DNA of 64,000 bases from a virus (lineage: Duplodnaviria; Caudoviricetes), in the IMG/VR virus record IMGVR_UViG_2791355504_000004, positions 1,527 through 65,526 of that record; one strand, given 5' to 3'. The position numbers and the translations under genes are program-made. Numbering within the stretch: the stretch's first letter is position 1; each line of letters opens with the position of its first letter. The notes below the pieces were generated by a model. It saw only the letters and a list, made by a program, of their open reading frames with translations, did no database searches and was not told the DNA's origin. Of the stretch, positions 1-9,900 are shown one piece after another.

Positions 1-78
1 TCTTTCTTTCTGAATATCCATCACAACCACCATAAATTTAATTTGATAAACACTGTTCCATTCACTACCAACATCACT

Positions 79-396
79 TCAAGCCACCAGATAACCCATT
101 CCATGTGATTCACCTTTAACAATATGCAGAATTTCCTTTTCTGCTTTTGCTGTGCAAGTCTGTTCAGGTGCTGCAAGGTGTCTTTCAAACTCAGCCCCAA
201 GTTCATGCGCTGCTGGATTGCCTGATAAGTCGGCACCTACACGCACATAGTGATGTGACTTTTTATAGGCCTTTTGCGCTTCGCGGCTTTTAGCTCTTGC
301 TGCAAAACCACCGTTTAATGCATTTACGTCATAACCTAGTTTTTCTAACCAGATTTTGAATTCTAAGAGGTTCTTTGGTTTGACTACTGCACGCAT
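79..396 (-). CDS. Phage hypothetical protein
   Basis: 105 aa ORF whose start overlaps the stop of the exonuclease gene; GAGGTGG RBS. Confidence 0.75.
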   Translation of the reverse strand: MRAVVKPKNLLEFKIWLEKLGYDVNALNGGFAARAKSREAQKAYKKSHHYVRVGADLSGNPAAHELGAEFERHLAAPEQTCTAKAEKEILHIVKGESHGMGYLVA

Positions 397-1079
397 TAAG
401 CCACCTCATTTTGTAAAGCTTTTCGCAAATAGGGATCGAGATCATCTTGACGAAGCAACCAGGATACATAGCTAGGTTCAAGATCCTTAATTGCTGTGCC
501 TTTATGCTTGCCGAATGTAATAAACTTAGGAATTCTTGCAGTCTCAGACATTAGGTAAAGTGAGCTTATATCTCTAATCCCAAGCTGTTGAACCAATGCC
601 TTAAGCAGCACACCAGTAAAATAAATGTCAGCCTTCGCATTATGAGCATGTCGAAGATGCTTACGAGCTAACTCCAAATCATCCATTACGTGGTAGTACA
701 TCGCAGTCAGGTTGTGCGGTAGATCAGGCCAAACCATTCGAGATAAAGCCAAAGTACAGATACCTTTCACTTCCAAGTCTGGCTTACACTTCTGAATAGC
801 CTTTATGTCATAATCAATGTTGTGGCCAATCAGGTATTCAATGCCTTCTGGTATCTTGAAAGTTTCATAGCTCGGCTTATCGGCAATCTCTTTATCTAGG
901 ATGTGATGAGTTGCCAATGCACCTAGCGCGATAGGCTCAGGGCAAGAGAAAAACTCATCAAACACCTGATCCTGTTTAACAACCAACACCCCTTGCTCAA
1001 AAGAGCAAGGTGCGTAAGCGATTTCAATTGGATAACCGTTTAGATCATGGGTTTCGGTATCTAAGATCAATGCATTCAT
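396..1079 (-). CDS. DEDDh 3'-5' exonuclease (ExoX-like) with C-terminal FGKHKG domain
   Basis: ILDTET, GHNIDYD and HNAKAD ExoI-III motifs; FGKHKGT tail. Confidence 0.9.
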   Translation of the reverse strand: MNALILDTETHDLNGYPIEIAYAPCSFEQGVLVVKQDQVFDEFFSCPEPIALGALATHHILDKEIADKPSYETFKIPEGIEYLIGHNIDYDIKAIQKCKPDLEVKGICTLALSRMVWPDLPHNLTAMYYHVMDDLELARKHLRHAHNAKADIYFTGVLLKALVQQLGIRDISSLYLMSETARIPKFITFGKHKGTAIKDLEPSYVSWLLRQDDLDPYLRKALQNEVA

Positions 1080-1089
1080 AAATCAGCCC

Positions 1090-1824
1090 TCAGTATGGAA
1101 AGTCATCTTGAGGAACGTTGTTTAATATAGGTGGTACATCATCGTAGAAAGGATCAAATCCGCCTTGGTTGTAGCCATTGTTTTGGTTGAAACCTTGATT
1201 ATTATTGCCATATCCACCGCCATTGTTTTGCTGATAACCACCGTTTACATTCTTTGGTTTTCGAGTGGTAATAGGGTTTAACATCAAGGAGGCGAGTGAC
1301 TTTGGTAAAGCTTCAGGTGATGTTTTACGATCAATAATTTCCTTTGCCATAAGCTCGCTTTGAGCATGGAAGCAAGAGAAGAAATTCATCTGGAATTTCC
1401 AGTCACCGCTATTGTTTTGATAGTTTTCACGTTGGAGTAAAAGACCAACACGCTTACCAGTAATTTCAGGTGCAATGATGCAATTTTTTGTGATGCGCTC
1501 CTTTGCATCAAAGTCGTATTTTTCCAATGGTGCATTGGTTGGAGTCAAACCACGCACGCCAACACAAGCAAGCAGAGCATTGATTTTGTGAACACCACCT
1601 AAAGGCGTTCCATCTTTCTTTTCAGTCCAAATTGAGAAAGAAGCAGATTCTTTATTGTCGGTTTCAAATTCAATTTCAAAACCTGTGGTACCAGAATTCG
1701 CGGTGATGAATTCCATATGTTTAATGATGCCGACATATTTACCAGCTTCTTCGATACGTGCGCTGCTGTCTGCTTGTTTTGCTGATTCAGGGTTATAACC
1801 AAATTGTTTGTATTGCTGATTCAT
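1090..1824 (-). CDS. Single-stranded DNA-binding protein (DUF669-like)
   Basis: Follows a Sak4-like ATPase; G/N/Q-rich linker and acidic DDFPY tail. Confidence 0.75.
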   Translation of the reverse strand: MNQQYKQFGYNPESAKQADSSARIEEAGKYVGIIKHMEFITANSGTTGFEIEFETDNKESASFSIWTEKKDGTPLGGVHKINALLACVGVRGLTPTNAPLEKYDFDAKERITKNCIIAPEITGKRVGLLLQRENYQNNSGDWKFQMNFFSCFHAQSELMAKEIIDRKTSPEALPKSLASLMLNPITTRKPKNVNGGYQQNNGGGYGNNNQGFNQNNGYNQGGFDPFYDDVPPILNNVPQDDFPY

Positions 1825-1848
1825 GAAAAATTACTCCAAAATATTCAA

Positions 1849-2544
1849 TTAAGCGTGGTTAGCAGTTTGTTGCTGTTGGCTGTTTTGCGACTGAACTTGT
1901 GGATTAGGGATTCCGTAGAATTCGCAAATCGCAATATCCACTTCGTTTAAGTCATTTTCGATGTGGTCTTCTTTAAATAGATCAGCAGGTGCTTTAACAG
2001 TCGAATTGCCGTTATTTTTGGTCTGAAAAACATATTGACCATTGATCACAGCAGTTTGAAGACAAGTAGTCACCATGCCTTCGAGCGTGATTTTCTCGTC
2101 AAGCATTTTTCCAATTGTCTTAATTTTGGTTTTGCCCTGAGCGTCCTCTTCGGTGTGACTTAAAAGGTAGACCCGCTTGTGGTCATGGGCATTGATAGCT
2201 GCGTTGAACACATCCCATGCATTTCGACCAATCTCAGTGAACTTATCAAAACTCTTTTCAGAGCTTCGACGCATGAACTCATTCGCCATGACGTACTGGA
2301 AGTCATCAACAATAATTATCGGGCGCTTAGACTTAAGAATTACATCTATGATGAAATGCGGGTTGTCAGAGACAAGAATAGAACCTTGTTTGTTCTCAGG
2401 CGTGATGTATGTCCAGTTCGGTGAACGAAAAGGCAAAGGCTTTTTGATGACTTGAATCAACAACACATGTTGAGGATTTAGGTTTCTTAAGCTTGTGGTT
2501 TTGCCAGTACCAGACTGACCTATAATTAAAGTTGCAATACTCAT
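1849..2544 (-). CDS. Sak4-like AAA ATPase/recombinase
   Basis: Walker A GQSGTGKT, Walker B IIVDD. Confidence 0.85.
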   Translation of the reverse strand: MSIATLIIGQSGTGKTTSLRNLNPQHVLLIQVIKKPLPFRSPNWTYITPENKQGSILVSDNPHFIIDVILKSKRPIIIVDDFQYVMANEFMRRSSEKSFDKFTEIGRNAWDVFNAAINAHDHKRVYLLSHTEEDAQGKTKIKTIGKMLDEKITLEGMVTTCLQTAVINGQYVFQTKNNGNSTVKAPADLFKEDHIENDLNEVDIAICEFYGIPNPQVQSQNSQQQQTANHA

Positions 2545-2583
2545 TATTCATTACTCACTATTCATTCTAAGAATGGGTGGTGT

Positions 2584-2853
2584 TTATGCACCAACCCAGC
2601 CCATGCGTTTTTTGTATGCCCGACGATCTTGTGAAGGGATATGTGTGCGCTGTAGAACCTCGGCAAGCTTCTGGCGTTTCTGTGCTTCTTTAACCCATGG
2701 CAATGCTTCTAAGCTGTTACGTAAGTTGCTATTTAGAGTTTCCTGCTCGAGCAACCAATTAACGTAGCCATGGTTAAGATCAACAAGAGCAGTGCCTTTA
2801 AACTTTCCGAAGTTGATAACTTCTATTGTTTCCACTTGAGAGCTTGAATTCAT
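2584..2853 (-). CDS. Small FGK-motif (DUF3820-like) protein
   Basis: INFGKFKGT...YVNWLL resembles the C-terminus of the exonuclease at 396-1079. Confidence 0.75.
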   Translation of the reverse strand: MNSSSQVETIEVINFGKFKGTALVDLNHGYVNWLLEQETLNSNLRNSLEALPWVKEAQKRQKLAEVLQRTHIPSQDRRAYKKRMGWVGA

Positions 2854-3122
2854 GGCTTAACTCCCGCTTTAACAAGGTGTTCAGTTTGAGCAGCAGTTTG
2901 ATGACGATCAGCAGAACAACTAGTGATTCCAGAAAGGATTACGGTGCATATAGTGATAGCTACTAATGCAGCAGTAGCTAAACCTGATGATTTGTATTGC
3001 ACTGTGTTTTCAGGAGTAGGGTGCTGGTATAAGCACGCTGTTGTTTTACTTTTGTTTGTCGTACGCTCTTGCGTTTGACTAAGGCATTCGATTTGTTTCA
3101 TACTTATCTCGCAAATTTGCAA
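2850..3122 (-). CDS. Phage hypothetical protein with one hydrophobic segment
   Basis: ATGA-type overlap with the next gene; true start probably the internal ATG (MKQIE). Confidence 0.6.
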   Translation of the reverse strand: MQICEISMKQIECLSQTQERTTNKSKTTACLYQHPTPENTVQYKSSGLATAALVAITICTVILSGITSCSADRHQTAAQTEHLVKAGVKP

Positions 3123-3177
3123 AGCCCTGATATCCGTCGAAAGTCATCGGGGCTTTTTTTCGCCTATTGTTTATGTG

Positions 3178-4026
3178 TTATGCCGTGAATGTACCGATAC
3201 GAACTTCATTGTCTGGAAGCAGCTCAATAACCTTGTCTTTGAACTCTTGAATGATCTCGTTGCGAAGAATTTCTTCTTTGACGATTTGAAGGGCAAACAC
3301 AGGACTACCATCTGAGTCATTGGTGAGTAAGCGCAACTTGATTGTCTTCTCGTCCAATCCAACGTATGCAGTGTCTTTAATTTCAAAATACGCAGGTAAT
3401 TTTCCAACTGTCGTTGATGCTTCAACGTTCTCTAATACAGAGCGAGACTCGCTTAAATTATTAACTTGGCTTTCAGTTGTAGACGTTGCGTTGATCTTCA
3501 TATTGCGCACGGCATTCAATGCTTCACCAATTGAGATGGTTTCATTATTTGGCGTAAGGGCCACGAAAACACCAGCCCAATCTTCCAGTAAAGTTGCAAA
3601 GCTTTTTTGATTAAACTTGCCATCTTTAATTTTGTTGAGCTTTTCCCAAACTACAGTCGGTTCAAGCTTTAACGTCGCTTTGTGGTCGCAATGACCTTGA
3701 GCGAAGTCTTCTTGAGTGAAGTTTAAGATTGCAGTTGCAGCTACGTTTTTATGGTCCACAAATACAAGGGCAGTTTTTGGTGCAACATATGGTTCACCAG
3801 CAGAGCAAATCACGTTCGTTGGACCAGCTTCTGAATGCTCTAATACATAGCTTTTGAAATCTTCAAAAGAAGGAGTGGTCAAAACACCACGCGCACGATT
3901 GCGGCCATTTAAGAATTGTTCTAAATCAGCGAGTTTATAGTTCTCATGAACCGCTACAAGTTGACCACGATCAAGTTGCTGGACAGGTTTAGCAAGTTCA
4001 ACGATATCTTTAGCTGAGTTTTCCAT
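3178..4026 (-). CDS. YfdQ/DUF2303-family protein
   Basis: DLEQFL..RNRARG, GHCDH, FATLLEDW motifs; paired with an upstream YfdP-like gene. Confidence 0.85.
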   Translation of the reverse strand: MENSAKDIVELAKPVQQLDRGQLVAVHENYKLADLEQFLNGRNRARGVLTTPSFEDFKSYVLEHSEAGPTNVICSAGEPYVAPKTALVFVDHKNVAATAILNFTQEDFAQGHCDHKATLKLEPTVVWEKLNKIKDGKFNQKSFATLLEDWAGVFVALTPNNETISIGEALNAVRNMKINATSTTESQVNNLSESRSVLENVEASTTVGKLPAYFEIKDTAYVGLDEKTIKLRLLTNDSDGSPVFALQIVKEEILRNEIIQEFKDKVIELLPDNEVRIGTFTA

Positions 4027-4086
4027 TTTAAGTACCTTACTGGTTGGATTTGAAAAAGTTGTTAGAAAGAAAGTAGGGAAGATGCT

Positions 4087-4428
4087 TTACGCGTCTTCGT
4101 GCTGGTTGTGTTCTTCAAATAATTGGCTGGTGTGATTTGCAAACAGGGTTACGTCACCGCCAGCATTGAAATGCATTGGAGATTTTGAAGTTGTGTCTTC
4201 AGTACGTTTGCCTTTAGCCGTTGGCTCAAGGTAAGCAAGGGTGTGCGCGATTTCGACCTGGCTAGAATCACCGATACGGGAAATATCCAGCGTGATTTTG
4301 ATTTGACCTTTTTTGTTGTTCTTTACAACGCCTTCGGCAACCATGCTGATAACAGCACCTAATTGGTTTGCGAAGACACCGCCGCTTAGATCGCCGATGA
4401 ATTGTTTTGCATTAGTGGGTTTTGACAT
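4087..4428 (-). CDS. YfdP-like phage protein, first gene of the leftward early operon
   Basis: FIGDLSGGVF...KKGQIKITLD...PTAKGKRTED pattern; adjacent to the YfdQ-like gene. Confidence 0.8.
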   Translation of the reverse strand: MSKPTNAKQFIGDLSGGVFANQLGAVISMVAEGVVKNNKKGQIKITLDISRIGDSSQVEIAHTLAYLEPTAKGKRTEDTTSKSPMHFNAGGDVTLFANHTSQLFEEHNQHEDA

Positions 4429-4464
4429 TTTATTCACTCACATTGGGTTGGTGTGTGAGATAAA

Positions 4465-4525
4465 TATCGCATTACCGATATTTATAGTCAATAGGAAATC
4501 CGATATTTTTATGGAAATTCCGATT
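4465..4525. promoter_or_regulatory. OL: three CI operator-like sites upstream of the leftward operon
   Basis: TATCGCATTACCGATA (4465-4480), AATAGGAAATCCGATA (4490-4505), TATGGAAATTCCGATT (4510-4525); same 16-bp imperfect palindrome family as the cI-cro sites. Confidence 0.8.
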
Positions 4526-4565
4526 TTATGTTTTAATAGGCAAAATAAAACCTGCACAGGGCAGG

Positions 4566-4781
4566 TTGTATGGGGCGATTAAAATGTTAGTAGATCAAGA
4601 TAAATCAATAGTTTTTATGGCTCGCACACCTAATGGTCACGAGTATAAAGTTTTTTCAGATGGCACAGTAGACGGATTTGAAAGTGGTATACGAGTCTTT
4701 AACTATTGGTTGCCTGTATATCAATCTGAGCAAGCATTACGGAAAAAGGCGACTAAGCAAAGTAGCGTCACCGACCAATAA
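4566..4781 (+). CDS. Small hypothetical protein, convergent with the kinase operon
   Basis: Protein-like ORF; true start probably ATG at 4584; 3' end overlaps 4737-5036. Confidence 0.45.
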   Translation: MYGAIKMLVDQDKSIVFMARTPNGHEYKVFSDGTVDGFESGIRVFNYWLPVYQSEQALRKKATKQSSVTDQ

Positions 4782-5036
4782 GTTCCCAATTTCATTTTTT
4801 GATGGTTGATCGCATGGTGTTGCATTAAACATTAAAGCAATTGGTTTTGCTTCAGGGGAGAAATAAAAATGAACACCGTTATATTCTTCCATTCTTGAAA
4901 AAATTGAGGAATGGGAGTTGCCACCCATTGATAAGTCTAATGCAAAGACAGCATCTGAATAGCGATTTGACTCACTTGCTGCCAGCATTAGATCATCAAT
5001 ATACTTGTAGTACCAAGTTGTCACATTAAACTCCAA
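4737..5036 (-). CDS. Hypothetical protein, third gene downstream of cI
   Basis: 99 aa ORF co-oriented with the kinase and DUF3037-like genes. Confidence 0.6.
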   Translation of the reverse strand: MEFNVTTWYYKYIDDLMLAASESNRYSDAVFALDLSMGGNSHSSIFSRMEEYNGVHFYFSPEAKPIALMFNATPCDQPSKNEIGNLLVGDATLLSRLFP

Positions 5037-5067
5037 TTTTATGAATTATTAGGACTCTGCAGAATAT

Positions 5068-5976
5068 CTAGTTAAATAGATCGGGTGCTGGCGCTGATTT
5101 TTTAGCCCAGCTAAGAATATTGTCAGAAATAGCTGATTCTTCGTAATATTTTTGATGTTCAATTTCATTCATTTCTAATTTCCATTCAAATTCTTTTAAG
5201 AAATTAGCTCTTTTTTCCTGTTCTTGCTCTGGTAGTAAGCTTAATGAATAATCATTAGGTAATAAGGTAAATAGAATCGCATCTTCACCAAGACCACATT
5301 TTTTAGCTAGTTGAAGGTCTGTAAGGGCAGTGAGGCAGTTCACTTCAAACTTGTCATATGTTTTATAAATAGTTGAATTAATATTACCAACTTGCTTTGT
5401 ACCATTTGGACGAATCGGTAAATCAATTTGATGTATATCTTTACCAATTTTAATATCTAACCAAGATTTTTCAGGGAAAATATTATAAACATCGTCACCA
5501 ATTTGACTAAAAATTCGAGATTTAATATTGGTTATTAAGTTTGATGTTCTGTATGTAGGGAAACGATCTGCTATTTCATTGGGTACATCGTGAGGCTTAC
5601 CAAAAGGCACAACACGATAGAATAATTTATCAAGTATAGCTTGTGTTGATTCACCACTAGCATAACCGCGATGATCAAGAATTAATTGGGGAGAAACCGA
5701 TTTCTTCCAATCCCTTTTTAATAAATACTCAATTAAATCTATAGCTAACTCTAGGTTATTAGATATATCAGTACCATATACACATTCCAGTCGCCCGTAA
5801 TCTTCAATAAATTTAGTATGTATAAATCCATTTTCTTCTAGAAAAACACCAATGGCGATTTGCTCATTACTAATAAGATCTGGTGTCCAACGTATTTGAG
5901 TCCAACGACCATCAACTACAGATTCTTGAGGTTGATTTTTTTTAAATTTTTCTTCTAAGCCTTTGAAATTATTCAT
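5068..5976 (-). CDS. DUF3037-like protein (partner of HipA-like kinase)
   Basis: N-terminal WTQIRWTPDLISNEQIAIGVFL pattern; 4 nt downstream of the kinase. Confidence 0.65.
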   Translation of the reverse strand: MNNFKGLEEKFKKNQPQESVVDGRWTQIRWTPDLISNEQIAIGVFLEENGFIHTKFIEDYGRLECVYGTDISNNLELAIDLIEYLLKRDWKKSVSPQLILDHRGYASGESTQAILDKLFYRVVPFGKPHDVPNEIADRFPTYRTSNLITNIKSRIFSQIGDDVYNIFPEKSWLDIKIGKDIHQIDLPIRPNGTKQVGNINSTIYKTYDKFEVNCLTALTDLQLAKKCGLGEDAILFTLLPNDYSLSLLPEQEQEKRANFLKEFEWKLEMNEIEHQKYYEESAISDNILSWAKKSAPAPDLFN

Positions 5977-5980
5977 AGTA

Positions 5981-6919
5981 TCAACTCAATGGACGAGTAA
6001 TTGCATGGGATGAAAGAAATGTATCACACCTTTCACCGAATTTCTCTAAGCTCTGGGCACGTTGTTTTAAAAAGGTTAAGACTGTTTCCAAAGCTAAATA
6101 AGAAGGTAATTCTTCTATACCAGTTTCAATTATTTCATCCCCAATTAGATCTTGAAGATGTGTTTTCAACTCATTTTCAACTTTTTGAAATGCTTTTTGA
6201 TGTTCTAGTTTTGCTAACTCAAGTTCCTGCATCGTATTCTCATATTGGAATAACCCCGCCGATGCATTTCTATCATGTAATAGTTTTAAGTGTATATTGT
6301 TGGCGAATCCAATATGAGAACAATCGTAATTTAATAATTGAGATTCTTTCCAATCACCGCCATGCAAACATTCACCATGATCTATAAGGCTGAACGTTTT
6401 ATCTGGAAGGTGGATTGAATTACCCATATTTCTATCGGTATTTAAAATCCAATCATCGAATGCAATTAAATTTGATAAGTACTCCCAATCTTTCATACAT
6501 GAACTAAAGTATTCAACCATTACATTCATAATTGAAGGATTATTTTCAATTTCAATCCTAAGATTTTTCCCTTTTATGTCTTCAGTTACCCATGCAAATG
6601 TAAAGCCTCTATATCGATCAACCTCACTAAGTAAGTTGACAAAGTTAGGATCAAGTATTTTAGTTTCGAGTAATAGAAAACCAGCCCTAGGGGGCATAGG
6701 TAAATTTAGAGCTTTACCCAAAAGGTATCCAATCATTTCATTAATTAGACTTCTGGGTTTATTACCTGCATAAATTTTTACCCAGGAGTCTCTTTCAACC
6801 CCATCATTCCATTTTATGCTTGCCATATGAGTAGCCCCTGAGACACCATCAGTTGCACCTCTGAGATACTCAATATAATCTGAAGATTGTAAATATTGAA
6901 TTATTTGTGGTTCTATCAT
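5981..6919 (-). CDS. HipA-like Ser/Thr kinase
   Basis: VK lysine, NE glutamate, FDDWILNTDRNMGN catalytic loop, LIDHG motif. Confidence 0.88.
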   Translation of the reverse strand: MIEPQIIQYLQSSDYIEYLRGATDGVSGATHMASIKWNDGVERDSWVKIYAGNKPRSLINEMIGYLLGKALNLPMPPRAGFLLLETKILDPNFVNLLSEVDRYRGFTFAWVTEDIKGKNLRIEIENNPSIMNVMVEYFSSCMKDWEYLSNLIAFDDWILNTDRNMGNSIHLPDKTFSLIDHGECLHGGDWKESQLLNYDCSHIGFANNIHLKLLHDRNASAGLFQYENTMQELELAKLEHQKAFQKVENELKTHLQDLIGDEIIETGIEELPSYLALETVLTFLKQRAQSLEKFGERCDTFLSSHAITRPLS

Positions 6920-6965
6920 TTTTATTATTACCTCTTAAATTAATGAATAGGATACTTATATTCTA

Positions 6966-7628
6966 TTAACTTCTTCTTACTCGTTTTGGACGTGAACCGC
7001 CAAGTGGTCTAAATGCGTCGATTACCAAGCCAACCAATTCCATACCATCTTGGAACTCAATAATATTTGGCTGAAAGTTTGGGTTAAGTGCCTGTAAATA
7101 TTTACGATCATCACTTTCAATAACTAATTTCTTAAACGTTGCATCTGTATTATGACGTACAACAATCAAATCTTCCGACAGCAAATCACATACCTGAAAT
7201 GCAGGATTTACTAGAATATAATCACCATCTTGATAAGTTGGATAATTACTAATACCTACAACTTTTAAGTAAAAACAACCATCTGGGTCATCAGAACTTA
7301 AAGGGGGAAGCCATTCAGCAATTTCTGAAGGGTTTATTGATTCTACAGATGTCATTGATCCAGCTTGAACCCAGGATAAAACAGGTAATAATTTTGAAGT
7401 AACGGGTGCAACATTATTATCAAACTTTTTAATGACTCCTGTTTTTAATTCTTCGGCTGACACACCTAAAGCACTAGCTAATTCAAGAATTGAACCTGTT
7501 GATTTTGCTATACCAGTTTCAAGGTCAGAAATAACAGATTGGTTTACACCTGATTTTTGAGCAAGAGCCTTTTGAGTCATTTTTTTTGACTTACGTATCG
7601 CTTTTAGATTTTCACCTAAAGTAGCCAT
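6966..7628 (-). CDS. cI: CI-like repressor (XRE HTH plus S24 peptidase)
   Basis: HTH MTQKALAQKSGVNQSVISDLE; VQAG autocleavage site; S...TFKKL catalytic dyad. Confidence 0.95.
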   Translation of the reverse strand: MATLGENLKAIRKSKKMTQKALAQKSGVNQSVISDLETGIAKSTGSILELASALGVSAEELKTGVIKKFDNNVAPVTSKLLPVLSWVQAGSMTSVESINPSEIAEWLPPLSSDDPDGCFYLKVVGISNYPTYQDGDYILVNPAFQVCDLLSEDLIVVRHNTDATFKKLVIESDDRKYLQALNPNFQPNIIEFQDGMELVGLVIDAFRPLGGSRPKRVRRS

Positions 7629-7649
7629 AGAAAATTTCCTTAAGTTCAC

Positions 7650-7712
7650 TATCGGAATTCTGATACAAATTGCAATCGGATTGGCTATTGTTTAAATATC
7701 GGAAAACCTATA
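7650..7712. promoter_or_regulatory. OR: three operator sites between cI and cro
   Basis: TATCGGAATTCTGATA (7650-7665), AATCGGATTGGCTATT (7674-7689), TATCGGAAAACCTATA (7697-7712). Confidence 0.82.
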
Positions 7713-7739
7713 TATTTATTCAAATTAATGGAGTTTCGT

Positions 7740-7934
7740 ATGAATCAGTGGCAAACAATGATCTCTGAATTAAGAGAAAAGGGGCTCACACAAACTCAAA
7801 TTGCAGCAGAAATTGAATGTTCTCAAAACTATGTAAGTGATTTAGAGCGAGGTGTTTGTGGGAAACGTATTTCTTATCAGTTAGGTAAGAAATTAGAAGC
7901 CCTTTGGGAGAAGCACCAGCCCAGAAAAATTTAA
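7740..7934 (+). CDS. cro: Cro-like HTH protein
   Basis: Divergent from cI; LTQTQIAAEIECSQNYVSDLERG HTH. Confidence 0.9.
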   Translation: MNQWQTMISELREKGLTQTQIAAEIECSQNYVSDLERGVCGKRISYQLGKKLEALWEKHQPRKI

Positions 7935-7966
7935 AAGCACAACCAACGAGTTAAAAAGGAAATCTT

Positions 7967-8293
7967 ATGGAAACAAAAATAATGCTTCTATTCAGCAAAA
8001 AACTGTTGGCTCCCATGTCAACACGTGTACCGCTGGAAGTCCAAGAGATCATTGATACTTTGGCTGAAAGCCAAGGTAGTGACCGTGCTAAGTGGTTAAG
8101 AGATGCCATAGATAAAAAGATTGAACTGGAGACAGGTCAATCATCATCTGAGCACTTAGAAAAATCAAAGAATACAAAGTATCCCAGCGTATTCACGAAT
8201 GTATTCAAGAAATTTAATACTTTTTTGAAGGCATTAAAAAAGCCCGATGGTCTAGATCGAGCTTCAAGTATTCATCATCTGTCGGGAAAATGA
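7967..8293 (+). CDS. Ribbon-helix-helix-like regulator in the cII position
   Basis: MSTRVPLEVQEIIDTLAE...RAKWLRDAI resembles an RHH domain. Confidence 0.6.
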   Translation: METKIMLLFSKKLLAPMSTRVPLEVQEIIDTLAESQGSDRAKWLRDAIDKKIELETGQSSSEHLEKSKNTKYPSVFTNVFKKFNTFLKALKKPDGLDRASSIHHLSGK

Positions 8294-8577
8294 ACATGAC
8301 TAATTTAACAGAACATAAGTGCGCTGGCAAATGTCCAGAATTTAACGGGGAACAGTGCAATCACTGTTTGATCCAGCAAATTGAAAAACGTGAATTTGAA
8401 TTGGGCGTTGCACCAGATGATGCGTATTTCATCGGTATTGATTTAGCTGCTGATGGGGAAGATAAGTCAGTTGAAATAGCTTATTGCGGAATATCTAAAA
8501 AATACTGTACTTGCCCAAACGGTGTACAGATTTGCTTACATGAACATGGTGGTGCAGTGGTGGAGGTACAACCATGA
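8290..8577 (+). CDS. Cys-rich phage hypothetical protein
   Basis: ATGA-coupled ORF with several Cys pairs. Confidence 0.65.
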   Translation: MNMTNLTEHKCAGKCPEFNGEQCNHCLIQQIEKREFELGVAPDDAYFIGIDLAADGEDKSVEIAYCGISKKYCTCPNGVQICLHEHGGAVVEVQP

Positions 8578-9179
8578 AAGAACGTCCGATTCTATTTAAT
8601 GCCCCAATGGTCAAAGCAATTTTGGAAGGTCGTAAGACTCAGACTCGTCGTTCTATAAGTCCGCAACCGTCATTAGTGATGGGTGAGGGTAAGCATTCAA
8701 CTTATGCTTACCGTGGTGGTATGTATGCATTGGATTTATACGCAAGCAATTCAAATATTTTAAGCAAGTGTCCATTTGGGAAAATTGGTGATCGTCTTTG
8801 GGTACGTGAAACATTCCGCTTATTTGATTCAGAGGAATGCCCACATGCTGATTTTCCTTGTGGTTGCCCTAGTTGGGGAACTCCACTGTATCGAGCATCA
8901 CATGATTGTGGTGATGGTGAAAAGTGGACTCCATCAATTCACATGCCACGCTCGGCAAGTCGCATTTTGCTCGAAATTACCAAAATTCGTGTAGAGCGAC
9001 TTCAAGACATATCTGAATCAGACTATTTAAAAGAAGGTGTGGGATCACCAATCTTACGTTACTGCAAAAAGCCTAAATTTATGCAGTTATGGGAATCAAT
9101 AAACGGTGCAGATTCTTGGGCTGCAAATCCATGGGTATGGGTTGTTGAATTTAAAGTTATCCAAGGCGGTGCAGCATGA
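8574..9179 (+). CDS. ASCH/PUA-like phage protein
   Basis: MVKAILEGRKTQTRR, GDRLWVRETF, WTPSIHMPR, NPWVWVVEF. Confidence 0.85.
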   Translation: MKERPILFNAPMVKAILEGRKTQTRRSISPQPSLVMGEGKHSTYAYRGGMYALDLYASNSNILSKCPFGKIGDRLWVRETFRLFDSEECPHADFPCGCPSWGTPLYRASHDCGDGEKWTPSIHMPRSASRILLEITKIRVERLQDISESDYLKEGVGSPILRYCKKPKFMQLWESINGADSWAANPWVWVVEFKVIQGGAA

Positions 9180-9343
9180 GAAATCACTTCAGTGGTTATT
9201 GTTATTACTGCACGCACTTCGTTGCAAAAGGTGCAGGGCATTTTGAAAAGCGCCAAGACACTAAAGGTTTTCGTGTCATTCGTGCTGAGTGTGTTTTCAA
9301 ACAGCGGGAAGAAAAGCAAAAAGCGAGTGGGGTGGTGGCATGA
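9176..9343 (+). CDS. Small hypothetical protein (55 aa, CYYC motif), not in ORF track
   Basis: ATGA overlaps at both ends; MRNHFSGYCYYC... Confidence 0.6.
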   Translation: MRNHFSGYCYYCTHFVAKGAGHFEKRQDTKGFRVIRAECVFKQREEKQKASGVVA

Positions 9344-9900
9344 TTGAAAAAATCACCCTGACCAAAATTGGTCCATATCAAGAGCATTGGGCAACTATTT
9401 ATATTGACCCAAACAACTCATACAGTGCTGGTGGTGGCCGTATCACAGTTGTAATGGGTGACTATGTTGGGAGTGCTTTTTTCTCTCATGTGGGTCAACC
9501 AACTTTTAAAGAGTTTATTGCTCAATGTGATCCAGAATATTTAATTAGAAAGCTATTCAAAGTTGATCAGTGGATTCCTGTTGAAAATGGTGAGGAATTT
9601 ATTGAATACGTTGCTCTTGAACGTCTAGATGCTATTAAAGAACATCGCTCATCAGGCACAGTTACTAAAGCTGCACTACGCGAGTTATACGATGAATTGA
9701 AGAGTAGTGAGTTCACTAATACATCTCATCTCTATGACATTTTGTATAAAACCGAAAGAGAGACCATGGAATCAATTTTTGGTGATGATTGGTGGTTTGA
9801 GCTTAACCCAAGCAAGATCAATCGAATTTATACGTTTTTAGATTCAATGCTGACTGATGTGATTGCTGAATTTAAGAAATTAAATGAGGTGACAGCATGA
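9340..9900 (+). CDS. Phage hypothetical protein
   Basis: Start at ATGA overlap with GGTGG RBS. Confidence 0.75.
   Translation: MIEKITLTKIGPYQEHWATIYIDPNNSYSAGGGRITVVMGDYVGSAFFSHVGQPTFKEFIAQCDPEYLIRKLFKVDQWIPVENGEEFIEYVALERLDAIKEHRSSGTVTKAALRELYDELKSSEFTNTSHLYDILYKTERETMESIFGDDWWFELNPSKINRIYTFLDSMLTDVIAEFKKLNEVTA

Noticed and set aside
1-78. Second att copy (tRNA-Gly 3' duplicate)
   Set aside because: Not seen; phage genes continue past position 1, so the left junction is outside the window
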